Assembly (NCBI GenBank): GCA_964521525.1
Contig: CAZFTD010000001.1
Span: forward strand, 11,630 to 75,629
Origin: an uncultured Marinilabiliaceae bacterium
GTDB taxonomy: Bacteria; Bacteroidota; Bacteroidia; Bacteroidales; Marinilabiliaceae
DNA length: 64,000 bases
Direction of reading: 5' to 3'
This document shows positions 18,833 through 28,237 of the stretch, piece by piece; the stretch's first letter is position 1, and each line of letters opens with the position of its first letter. The notes beneath the pieces were generated by a model. That model saw nothing but the letters and a program-made list of their open reading frames with translations, searched no databases and was not told the DNA's origin. The translations under genes and the position numbers were made by a program.

Positions 18833-19213
18833 ATGAACAATATAAACATCAAAGGTACCGATGATACCCCTTCTGTAATTCTTGACAAGGATAAGGGTTT
18901 GTTTGAAATTTCCGGAAGATCCTTACCGGAGGATGTAAATATGTTTTATGAACAAATTCTGGACTGGATTGACGAATATGCCAAAAGTCCCAACGACAGA
19001 ACAGAATTCAACTTTAAACTGGAGTATTTTAACACGGCTTCTTCAAAAGTCATTCTCGATATTCTTCTTAAATTTGAGGAGATTGTAGAAAATGGAAAAG
19101 AGGTGGTAATTAAATGGCATTACCATGAAGATGAGGAAGATATGCTGGAAGCTGGCGAAGAATATGCCGATATAGTAGAAATTCCTTTTGATTACGTGGT
19201 TTATAATCAATAA
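18833..19213 (+). CDS. DUF1987 / SiaC-like partner-switch phosphoprotein
   Basis: 126 aa. IKGTDDTPSVILDKDKGLFEISGRSLPED...FNFKLEYFNTASSK...VIKWHYHEDEEDMLEAGEEY matches my memory of DUF1987 family hallmarks. Confidence 0.7.
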   Translation: MNNINIKGTDDTPSVILDKDKGLFEISGRSLPEDVNMFYEQILDWIDEYAKSPNDRTEFNFKLEYFNTASSKVILDILLKFEEIVENGKEVVIKWHYHEDEEDMLEAGEEYADIVEIPFDYVVYNQ

Positions 19214-19237
19214 ACCTGTTTGATTGACGTTTAAAAA

Positions 19238-22200
19238 ATGAGCGAAGAAATTCTTAAAGCCCTAATGCAACTGTTTGGCTTGCTGACCAAACAGGACGGC
19301 GGTGTGGAATCCAATGAAACCGAGTACGTGCGTACTTTTCTGAAACAGCAGCTTAATAGCGAGGCGGTTGAAGAGTACTTCTCTCTTTTTTTAAGTTTTA
19401 CCGAAGAGGATAATAAAAGCCGCAATGGCGAGGAGGAAGGAAAAGTTCAACTTACTTCCATGAAAGACTCGGTAAAGATTCTCGGCATTTGCAAAAAAAT
19501 TAATAAGCAGCTCAACCGCGAACAAAAAGTAGTGGTACTGGTTCGGCTCTACGAACTTATCAGCATGGACATGAAGCTGACCGACCAGCGCATGGCCATC
19601 ATCAATACGGTTGCCGATGTTTTTAAACTGCCTAAAAACGAAATTCTTGCCATTGAGGCTTTTGTTCTTCAAAACGACCCCGAAAAACTCGGCTTCCCGG
19701 ATATTTTAATTGCCAACGACCGCGAAGTAGATAACGTTCATTATAAACACATTACCACCACAGGCCTACATGGAGCCATTCTGGTTTTAAACGTTAAAAG
19801 TGCCGATTTGTACTTTATGCGGTATACCGGCAATCAGGACGTTTTTCTAAATGGTCTTATTATCAGCAACAAAAGAATTTATCTGTTCCCCAAAGGAAGT
19901 TTTATCAGAATCCCCAAAGGCAAACCAATTTATTACACCGATGTTGTAAGCCGTTTTCTTGAAGATGCTGATTCTCCAAAGATTTCGTACGAAGTTAAGA
20001 ACGTTCATTTCCGCTTTAAAACCGGCGATGTTGGATTGCGTAACATCAATATTGCTGAAGAACAAGGGCGACTGATTGGAATAATGGGTGCATCGGGCGC
20101 CGGCAAAACCACCCTTCTCAATGTTTTATCGGGCATAGAAAAGCCAACCGAAGGCGAAGTTCTCATAAACAATTATAACCTGCACACCGATAAGGAAGAA
20201 CTTAATGGTGTTATCGGTCTAATTCCACAGGACGACCTGCTCATTGAAGAACTTACGGTTTTTGAGAACCTCTATTACAACGCCAAACTTTGTTTTAAAG
20301 ATAAGGGAGAAGAGGAATTAACCAACCTTGTTAACGAAACCCTTCAAAACCTCGGACTTTTCGAGCGCCGGCACCTGAAAGTTGGTTCGCCACTCAATAA
20401 AATGATTAGTGGTGGCCAAAGAAAACGATTGAATATTGCGCTTGAGCTCATCCGCCAACCCTCAGTATTGTTTGTTGATGAGCCAACATCAGGGCTTTCA
20501 TCGCGCGATTCGGAAAACGTGATGAACCTGCTTCAGGAATTGGCACTTAAAGGGAAATTGATTTTTGTTGTTATTCACCAGCCATCATCGGACATTTATA
20601 AAATGTTCGATAAAATGTTTATTCTCGATACCGGCGGGTACCCCGTGTATTATGGCAACCCCGGCGAATCGCTTATTTATTTTAAACAACTCGATGCCCA
20701 GATTAACAGCGATCAGGGTGAATGCCCAACATGTGGGAACCTTAATCCCGAATTAATTTTCAATATTATCGATGCCAATGTTATTGATGAATATGGAAAT
20801 TATACCAACAAACGAAAAGTGACTCCTGAAGAGTGGTTCCATCATTACGAAAAAACCCATTCCGTACCTGTTGTTAAAACCATTCAAACATCTCCACCAA
20901 AAAGCCTGAACATTCCTTCGTGGTTTAATCAGTTTAAAATTTACACCTTACGCGATTTTTTTTCAAAAATCAGTAATACGCAATATATTGCGTTGAACCT
21001 GCTGGAAGCGCCTTTGCTGGGTTTTATTCTTGCTTATTTGGTGCGTTACATCGCCGACCCAACCTCCAGCATTTATATTTTCCGCGAAAACGAAAACATC
21101 CCGCCCTATATTTTTATGGGCATTGTGGTGGCTTTGTTTTTTGGATTGATTATTAGCGCCGAGGAAATTTTTAAAGATGCCAAAATATTAAAAAGAGAGT
21201 CGTTCCTGAATTTGAGCCGCTCCAGCTATTTGAGTTCTAAAATTTTACTGTTGTTTACCATTTCTGCCATTCAGATGGTTCTGTTTGTATTGGTAGCCAA
21301 TAGTGTGCTGGGTATCAAAGATATGTACTTTGAATTTTGGATTGCACTCTTCTCCATTTCGGCATTTGCTAATATTCTGGGTTTGATTTTATCGGCTTCG
21401 TTTAATTCAATTGTTACCATATATATTCTTATTCCACTGGTAATGATACCCCAGATGGTTTTAGGCGGCGCCATGTTTACTTTCGATAAGTTAAACAAAG
21501 ATTTCACAAGCGTTGATAAAGTTCCGGCGGTGGCTGAATTTATGCCATCGAGGTACGTTTACGAAGGATTAATTGTGCACCAGTATAAACACAATAATTT
21601 TAAAAAGAACATTTTTGACGTTGAACTTGAAGAGAGCAAAAGTGATTTCAAGCAGGTACATTATATACCTGAATTGCGACAGATTTTAAACGAATGCTCT
21701 ATTCACGTAATTAATGGCAAAGCAAAAAATGATAAAACGTTTGTCAATAACCTTCAGTTAATTCGGAATGAGATTTCAAAAGAAATGATGCGGGTTCCTG
21801 ATTTGCCATTTGCATCGATGGATAAACTATCGCCCGAATATTTCGATACAGCTGTTGCGGCTAGTGTAGACAACTACCTTAACGATTTGCTAAAATACTA
21901 CAGAGGTGTATTTTCAAAAGCAAACTCCTTAAAAGATAGGTTTATCAGCACCAATCTCGATCAGGATGCTGCCCGCTTTAACCGCATTAAGGACGATTAT
22001 TTTAACGAGAGTATTTCTTCAATAGTACGAAAAGAGTTTGAGAAAAATAAAATTCTTCGCCAGGGAAATAATCTGGTACAAATGGCCGATCCTATTTACC
22101 AGATTCCTGAGCCATCGGGCTTTTTATCGTTCAGAACGCACTTTTTTGCACCGGTTAAACACTTAGGTGGGCACTTTTTTGAAACCCTCTGGTTTAACAT

Positions 22201-22306
22201 AACAATTGTTTGGATTTTAACTGCACTGCTTTATGCTGTACTCTACTTTGATCTTCTTAAGAAGGGGCTTAACCTTTTGGGATCAATTAAATGGAGAAAA
22301 AAGTAA
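19238..22306 (+). CDS. ABCG-type ATPase-permease fusion with a TerB-like and an FHA-like N-terminal region and a long C-terminal extension
   Basis: Walker A GASGAGKTTLLNVLSG, signature ISGGQRKRLNIA, Walker B VLFVDEPTSGL. An ABC-2-type membrane domain of roughly 5-6 TM segments follows, then about 270 aa and a final TM. Confidence 0.85.
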   Translation: MSEEILKALMQLFGLLTKQDGGVESNETEYVRTFLKQQLNSEAVEEYFSLFLSFTEEDNKSRNGEEEGKVQLTSMKDSVKILGICKKINKQLNREQKVVVLVRLYELISMDMKLTDQRMAIINTVADVFKLPKNEILAIEAFVLQNDPEKLGFPDILIANDREVDNVHYKHITTTGLHGAILVLNVKSADLYFMRYTGNQDVFLNGLIISNKRIYLFPKGSFIRIPKGKPIYYTDVVSRFLEDADSPKISYEVKNVHFRFKTGDVGLRNINIAEEQGRLIGIMGASGAGKTTLLNVLSGIEKPTEGEVLINNYNLHTDKEELNGVIGLIPQDDLLIEELTVFENLYYNAKLCFKDKGEEELTNLVNETLQNLGLFERRHLKVGSPLNKMISGGQRKRLNIALELIRQPSVLFVDEPTSGLSSRDSENVMNLLQELALKGKLIFVVIHQPSSDIYKMFDKMFILDTGGYPVYYGNPGESLIYFKQLDAQINSDQGECPTCGNLNPELIFNIIDANVIDEYGNYTNKRKVTPEEWFHHYEKTHSVPVVKTIQTSPPKSLNIPSWFNQFKIYTLRDFFSKISNTQYIALNLLEAPLLGFILAYLVRYIADPTSSIYIFRENENIPPYIFMGIVVALFFGLIISAEEIFKDAKILKRESFLNLSRSSYLSSKILLLFTISAIQMVLFVLVANSVLGIKDMYFEFWIALFSISAFANILGLILSASFNSIVTIYILIPLVMIPQMVLGGAMFTFDKLNKDFTSVDKVPAVAEFMPSRYVYEGLIVHQYKHNNFKKNIFDVELEESKSDFKQVHYIPELRQILNECSIHVINGKAKNDKTFVNNLQLIRNEISKEMMRVPDLPFASMDKLSPEYFDTAVAASVDNYLNDLLKYYRGVFSKANSLKDRFISTNLDQDAARFNRIKDDYFNESISSIVRKEFEKNKILRQGNNLVQMADPIYQIPEPSGFLSFRTHFFAPVKHLGGHFFETLWFNITIVWILTALLYAVLYFDLLKKGLNLLGSIKWRKK

Positions 22307-22364
22307 CTTTTATTTTTCATAATAGTATAAAAGACAATATTTGAAAACTTTAAATCGCTTTATC

Positions 22365-23282
22365 ATGTTGAAGAATTTATTTTATTTTTTGTTAATACTA
22401 TCCGGAACACAGTTATTTATCAGCTGCGGCGGTTGTTCGGATAAAAAATCAAAAAGCGGCGATGCGCTTACTCTCAATGATTCACTAATTAGTGATGCGC
22501 CGTTGAAATTATCGGAAGATATTATGGGAGAAGTTATCCAAAACATCTCTTCGCCTGTTGAAATGGCTAATCTTATTAAATCATCGGGAGCAGAATTTTC
22601 GCAGCGCATTTTAAATAATCCAGATAATGTATCCCGCTATGAGACCTCTTATAAAAGAGCTTTAAACCTGGGCGTTTTTAGTGCCGATTTGGGTTACATT
22701 AACATTTACGATAAAAATAATGTGGTAGTATCGTACCTTTTGGCGGTAAAAAACCTGGCCGATGGTATCAGAGTTGGGCAATTTTTCGATTTTAATGCAC
22801 TGCGCCGTATGGCGTCCAACTCAACCAACCTTGACTCGCTGATGGAAATGTCGGTAACCAGTTTCAATAAAATGGACTCTTACCTGCGCGACCAGAACCG
22901 CAGCAACGTTAGTACACTAATTGTAACCGGAACCTGGATTGAAGGGCTATATATTGCTTCAAGCGTTGTTAAAGAAACAAAAAGTAAGGAGTTGGCTATT
23001 CGTATTGCCGAGCAAAAAAATATTATCGATATTCTTGAAATCATCTTAAGTAACTATATTAGCGAGCCTAATTTTGCTACATTGGTTGAAGATATTCGCG
23101 AGTTAAAGGCTGCTTATGCCCCTATCAGAATAACAACTGAGCTGGCAGAGCCAAAGAGAATTGAGAAAGATGGTACGCTTATTGTTATTCAGGATGAAAT
23201 AAGCACAGTTCACTATACTGAGGAGCAACTGGCTACTATTATGGAACTTATTTCTAAAATCCGTAATAGAATTATTGAATAG
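22365..23282 (+). CDS. Lipoprotein of unknown function
   Basis: Start moved to the ATG at 22365. Signal peptide with lipobox (LFISC). I recognise no family. Confidence 0.65.
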   Translation: MLKNLFYFLLILSGTQLFISCGGCSDKKSKSGDALTLNDSLISDAPLKLSEDIMGEVIQNISSPVEMANLIKSSGAEFSQRILNNPDNVSRYETSYKRALNLGVFSADLGYINIYDKNNVVVSYLLAVKNLADGIRVGQFFDFNALRRMASNSTNLDSLMEMSVTSFNKMDSYLRDQNRSNVSTLIVTGTWIEGLYIASSVVKETKSKELAIRIAEQKNIIDILEIILSNYISEPNFATLVEDIRELKAAYAPIRITTELAEPKRIEKDGTLIVIQDEISTVHYTEEQLATIMELISKIRNRIIE

Positions 23283-23393
23283 TTTTGCATAAATATCCAT
23301 GCAAAAAGTTAGAAGATAAAATTGTGAAATTAAAGCCGGCTGTTACATGTAACCGCTTGTTTTATTTTACCTTAACAAACAAATTTTGACAAT

Positions 23394-23846
23394 ATGAAAA
23401 AAGTATTATTGGGCTTAATACTTGTACTTTCAATAAGTTCTTTCAGCGCCTCGGCACAACAGTGTGATGAATCGCTTAAGAAACAGGCTTTGAAAGAAAT
23501 GGGAGACAGCCAATACATTAAAGACTTTTCCATTGATTTGCGAAAAGCCAAAAAAGATATGAAAACAGGCTTTGTAAAATTCTCTGTGATTTTGCACAGT
23601 CGCAACCAATATAGATTTACAGTTGTTAACCACCCCGGTAATCCCGAAGAGGTTGTGATGCAATTGTTTGATGGTGACCGTTTGCTAATCAGCAATTTTG
23701 AAGGTGGAAAAATATCAAAAGCCCCTGATTTTGTTTGCCGTACCACCAAGGTTTACCACCTCACCTTTTCGTTCCGAAGTGGTGAAGAGGGTTGTGCCGA
23801 GGCTGTAATTTCTTTAGTGAAACAGTATGCAGAAGGTGAATTATAA
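23394..23846 (+). CDS. Small secreted protein of unknown function
   Basis: Signal peptide MKKVLLGLILVLSISSFSASA. I recognise no family. Confidence 0.6.
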   Translation: MKKVLLGLILVLSISSFSASAQQCDESLKKQALKEMGDSQYIKDFSIDLRKAKKDMKTGFVKFSVILHSRNQYRFTVVNHPGNPEEVVMQLFDGDRLLISNFEGGKISKAPDFVCRTTKVYHLTFSFRSGEEGCAEAVISLVKQYAEGEL

Positions 23847-23864
23847 TAATCCTTTACCACAAAC

Positions 23865-23899
23865 AAAAAGCGTTCGGTTAAGTTAACCGAACGCTTTTT
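23865..23899. terminator. Bidirectional stem-loop terminator between convergent genes
   Basis: AAAAAGCGTTCGGTTAA-G-TTAACCGAACGCTTTTT: 17-nt perfect arms with an A-run on one side and a T-run on the other. Confidence 0.8.
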
Positions 23900-23938
23900 A
23901 CTTTATATCAATTATTCTGGATTATTTTCCTTAGGTCG

Positions 23939-25210
23939 TCAGTCTCTGGCTTTTTTAATCATACCCAAAGTCAGCCAGCCCAATAAAAGAATTATTACCA
24001 CCATTACTCCCCAAAGCCATAATTCATTTATTACACTTGGTTTTTGAGTAAATTCATCACTTCGAAGGCTAATTTCATCTCCCAGTAGAATCGTTCCGGC
24101 ATTATCAGGAATATTCTCAGGGAAACGCTCAATATCATAAGAAACTTTATAAGCCTGCTTATTCCCATAATACAAAAAATAGGTGGCTTGAGGCTGAAAA
24201 CGGGCAATTAAATAATGATAGTACCCTTTTACTTCAACAGAATCTATAGTTAATGGCTGATTGTTCTGATTCTCTATTACCAGCTTCATGCGGGAAACCA
24301 TTGTATTTGGTAATGAAAACACATTGTTCTCAAAAGAAGAGACTGTACCATTGGCAACAGTTACATAATTATATCTCCACCCCTGCTCCGTTTTAATACT
24401 GTCGGTTAAACTGCGAATTGCAACCGGGCGGTAAAAATCAAAATTATTACCTATATAAATCTTTACAAGAGCAACAGGAACCTTGTTTTCAAATTCTAAA
24501 TCAATAATGGTTTGCTTTCGTTCCTTATCATCCCAAATTTCCTTATTCTTAACCTTAACAGAATTATAAACTCCCCCTTCAACCTGATTGAAGCTTACTT
24601 TAGCATATGAAAATAGAGGATTCTCACTACTTTTTACACATAAACGATAAAACTGGTATCGGGAATCTGGAATGGCAACGCGGGTGAATTTATAATCAGT
24701 ATGGTCATTTTGTATCGACAAAATGCGATAATTATTTACAATACTAAACCATTCCTTTTGATTGTGACTACCTTCGAGCGAAACATTCCAATCAAAATTA
24801 GTACGACCAAAACTTAAGTCTATTTGGTTAATTAATTCGTCGGATTTCAAATCAAAAGTAAAATAATAGCCATCGGAATTATGAGATTTATTCACCAGCT
24901 GAAATGGTACATCTGTATAAACAATTTTACCTGAAGAGCGCCTTAAAATGTAGGGTGCTTCAATTGTATCTCCTTCATCAGTAAAACCATATATTCGTAT
25001 ATCTGATAAATCATTATTTAGCTTCGAAAATATGTCCTCCGGTAAAGGAACCTTATGCCATTGACCATCGACTCCGTTTAATGGTCGTTTAAAGCTATAA
25101 TTAGTTATCTGGCCTTGCAGGTTAAGAGAAACAGCTATAAAACTTATTGCGAATAAAAACTGAATCAATTTCGTCATCATAAAATATTGTTTAATTATTG
25201 GAGTAGTCAA
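23939..25210 (-). CDS. DUF3999-like protein (signal/anchor, beta-rich ectodomain, C-terminal TM)
   Basis: Architecture and pairing with the upstream polytopic protein. The family assignment is from memory and has not been searched. Confidence 0.5.
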   Translation of the reverse strand: MTTPIIKQYFMMTKLIQFLFAISFIAVSLNLQGQITNYSFKRPLNGVDGQWHKVPLPEDIFSKLNNDLSDIRIYGFTDEGDTIEAPYILRRSSGKIVYTDVPFQLVNKSHNSDGYYFTFDLKSDELINQIDLSFGRTNFDWNVSLEGSHNQKEWFSIVNNYRILSIQNDHTDYKFTRVAIPDSRYQFYRLCVKSSENPLFSYAKVSFNQVEGGVYNSVKVKNKEIWDDKERKQTIIDLEFENKVPVALVKIYIGNNFDFYRPVAIRSLTDSIKTEQGWRYNYVTVANGTVSSFENNVFSLPNTMVSRMKLVIENQNNQPLTIDSVEVKGYYHYLIARFQPQATYFLYYGNKQAYKVSYDIERFPENIPDNAGTILLGDEISLRSDEFTQKPSVINELWLWGVMVVIILLLGWLTLGMIKKARD

Positions 25211-25216
25211 AAAAAA

Positions 25217-27595
25217 TTAACCCATTTTCTCTTCCTCAGATATTAGGTGCCGGTATTTGTTGTACAAAAATGAAATTCCCAGTAACAATAAGCCCAACGA
25301 AACAAAAACAATGGTTTTAGCGATTGTATCAAGATGGGCGATATCGTAGAAAAACAGTTTTAAGAGAGTACCTCCAAATAAAACAATGGCAGCCACACGT
25401 AAATAAGATTTTTTCTTCCAAATGCCTAGAGCTACCATCAATAACGCATAAACACCCCATAATATGCTTAATCCAAGTTTATAGGATTGGGTTGACCCCG
25501 CCAAATCCATCCAATGAAGAAGTTCACTGCTTGCAACCCACAATACTGCTAAATAAGTTAATAAAATAAACGGTTTATTTAAGTTTTCACGAATCACATT
25601 TGCTCGAATCGTTTTGTAAAATGCCATCATTAATAACCCAAAGAAAAGTAATGATATATAACGAATTGCAATGTGCATTATTCCCCTGTTATAATATTCG
25701 CCCAAGGTTTTATTAATATAGGTTTCGCGTAAATCGCTTAAGTAATAAAGACTGCTAAATAAAAACACAAACACAAGCAGGAAGTTAATAATCAGGGTTA
25801 AATATGTTAAGACCTGACTTTTAATTTTAGATATATTAATAAACGAAACCAGCGCAAAAAACAACAAACTATAATTAATAAGCCAAACTACTTTAAAATC
25901 TCTTAAACTATAATTGTAGTAATAACTTGGATAATCTTGATTTTCATTATTTATAACCAATGATGAATCGGTAAATAATTGTTCCCAATAGTTTGCTATT
26001 TCAAGCCGGAATGAAAAATAAGAAACTATAACCAGAATAGCACCCATCATAAAACCGGCCATAATTTTTAAGGTGTCGTTGGTCAAAGCTGAATGATATT
26101 GTGCTTTTCGGTTAAAATAGTTCATAAAGGCAAAGGCCATCATGAATAAAACTGAGGACAAAAATTGAATGTTGAGCAAAAAGGAAACTCTAGTATCGGG
26201 ATAGTCAGGGTTATAATTATCGTATACCAAAGCCCAGTCGTGTATAATGCTGAAAAAAGCCAAAATCATTAATGGATAAGCAATTTTCTCATATACTTTG
26301 ATGGCATAAGCACGTCCTATCCAGAAAAGCAACGCGGCCTCTCCTACCCATAAAAGGGTTACCCAATTACCATCTAATTGAACAGGAATGGCTATGGTTA
26401 TGAAAATTAAAACCAGACCTGAAACGAAGTACAAAAGCTGTTTATCGCCTAAATTCTTTCGGTAAATAAGAGCTGCCACAATAAAATGAATTACGGCATT
26501 GGCGAGAGTAAAAAAGCCCAGCAATTTTTCTCCACCGGCAATATCGTTTACAAGCGAATAGCCAAAACCGTAAAAAATAAAAGAGTTCGACAAAACCAAC
26601 AGCACGTCTCCAATATTGAGTTTCTCCTTTTGTAAAACTTTAAATGCTAAGAAAATAAGATAAAAAATAAGGAAAAATACGGTCAAGAAACTAAACGCAA
26701 GGGCTATTTGCTTTTGAGCGCTAAATCGGAATAAGAACCACGAAGCATAAATTAACCAGGTAAAAATAAACGCAGAATAATAAAGCGGTTTCCAATATTT
26801 ATGAAATGCTATTATTAAAATTCCAATATTGATGATGGCAGTATAAGTAAATAAAACTGCCACCCGGCCTGAGCCATCGCTTAACAAAAAAGGTACGGCA
26901 TAGGCACCCACCAAGCCAATAAGGGCAATAACCTGTCGGTTATAATTTAACGATGCAGCCACAGCAAACGAAGTAAAAACCACCATCATTGCAAAGGCTA
27001 AAACCTGAGGAATTAACTGGTAAAAACTGTAACTGGCAAAAGTAATAAAATACATAATGGCCAATGCCCCACTCACCAAAACAGCACTAAAATTCAGAAA
27101 GTTCTTTTTCAAATAAACTCCTGTACCCAGCATGGCCAAACCAAAAATATAACCTAAAATTATTCGTGCCAGCGGACTTATAATTTGGTGATCGATGGCA
27201 TATTTTGCTCCAATGGCAACACCAATTACTGTAATAACAATTCCTATTTTACTAATTAAATTCTCGCCAATAAACTTTTCAAGATTAGATTTTGAAGAAG
27301 GCGTGGTGGTTGTTGACGGCTTAATTCTTTTGGGCTCATTGTAAGGTTTTGAAACTCTCTCCTGCTCAATTACAGGGCCTTTAACACTTAAAGTTGGTGG
27401 TTGCTGACTCAGAACTTCAGATATAACAACTGTTTCATCGGGAAAAGAGGATGCAATATCCTCATTACCTTTAAGTTCAATTTTTTTTATCTCTTGTTTT
27501 AAATTATCAACTTCTTTAAAAAACTCGACTTGTTTCTTTTCAAGATATTCAAGTCGGGTTAAAAGTTGATTCAGTTTTTCTTGATTGTTATTCAT
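25217..27595 (-). CDS. DUF2339-like polytopic membrane protein
   Basis: N-terminal coiled coil (LNQLLTRLEYLEKKQVEFFKEVDNLKQEIKKIE), a Pro/Thr-rich linker, then roughly 20 or more hydrophobic segments. Confidence 0.55.
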   Translation of the reverse strand: MNNNQEKLNQLLTRLEYLEKKQVEFFKEVDNLKQEIKKIELKGNEDIASSFPDETVVISEVLSQQPPTLSVKGPVIEQERVSKPYNEPKRIKPSTTTTPSSKSNLEKFIGENLISKIGIVITVIGVAIGAKYAIDHQIISPLARIILGYIFGLAMLGTGVYLKKNFLNFSAVLVSGALAIMYFITFASYSFYQLIPQVLAFAMMVVFTSFAVAASLNYNRQVIALIGLVGAYAVPFLLSDGSGRVAVLFTYTAIINIGILIIAFHKYWKPLYYSAFIFTWLIYASWFLFRFSAQKQIALAFSFLTVFFLIFYLIFLAFKVLQKEKLNIGDVLLVLSNSFIFYGFGYSLVNDIAGGEKLLGFFTLANAVIHFIVAALIYRKNLGDKQLLYFVSGLVLIFITIAIPVQLDGNWVTLLWVGEAALLFWIGRAYAIKVYEKIAYPLMILAFFSIIHDWALVYDNYNPDYPDTRVSFLLNIQFLSSVLFMMAFAFMNYFNRKAQYHSALTNDTLKIMAGFMMGAILVIVSYFSFRLEIANYWEQLFTDSSLVINNENQDYPSYYYNYSLRDFKVVWLINYSLLFFALVSFINISKIKSQVLTYLTLIINFLLVFVFLFSSLYYLSDLRETYINKTLGEYYNRGIMHIAIRYISLLFFGLLMMAFYKTIRANVIRENLNKPFILLTYLAVLWVASSELLHWMDLAGSTQSYKLGLSILWGVYALLMVALGIWKKKSYLRVAAIVLFGGTLLKLFFYDIAHLDTIAKTIVFVSLGLLLLGISFLYNKYRHLISEEEKMG

Positions 27596-27664
27596 AAATA
27601 TAGGTTAAGGCCCTGTTTTGCTATGTGTCTTTTGTAATGTATCCTCATAATTCTGCATCAAAGA

Positions 27665-27978
27665 TTATTCAACTATTAAATAACCCACAACATTTAACAT
27701 TATGAACATCATGCCGCTAATAAACATTAAAAATAAGATAACGGTTTTAACTTCAATCAACTCCCGTCCCTCTTTTAAAATCAACTTGTGAAAATTTGGC
27801 AATACAATGGTTAACAATCCTAACAAAAAAATGGATGAAGTACCAATTTTCCACCAATACCTAATGGAAATGTCTGGTTATGACCGGTAAAAAAATAGTA
27901 AATATCGTGGATAACCACCGAATTTCAAAAAACAATAACATCAACAACAGCGCTCCAACGAATTTGTAGTTGTTTCAT
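27665..27978 (-). pseudogene. Possible frame-disrupted small membrane protein gene
   Basis: The ATG at 27978 opens 17 codons and then stops. Hydrophobic reading frames continue in other phases after A/T homopolymers of 6-7 nt. The last 70 codons (27877-27665) are open but have no plausible start. Confidence 0.25.
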
Positions 27979-28237
27979 AGTTTTGGTTATTAGGTTAATA
28001 CAAATATAACAAAGTAACTCAAATAAACCAGGTTCTTTTTAAGTTGGCTTAATTTGCAAAAAATGAAAAGCCCTTTCATTAATTTACATATAATAATTTG
28101 CTATTCAGGAATAGATTTTGTAACATCAAAGCATTATAAATCGTAGAAATACTAAGCCGTTTGGATACGTACAGGGAGATGACTTCGAAGTTTTGGACGG
28201 TTATACAAAAGAAATAACATCAACAAATTTTTGAGAC

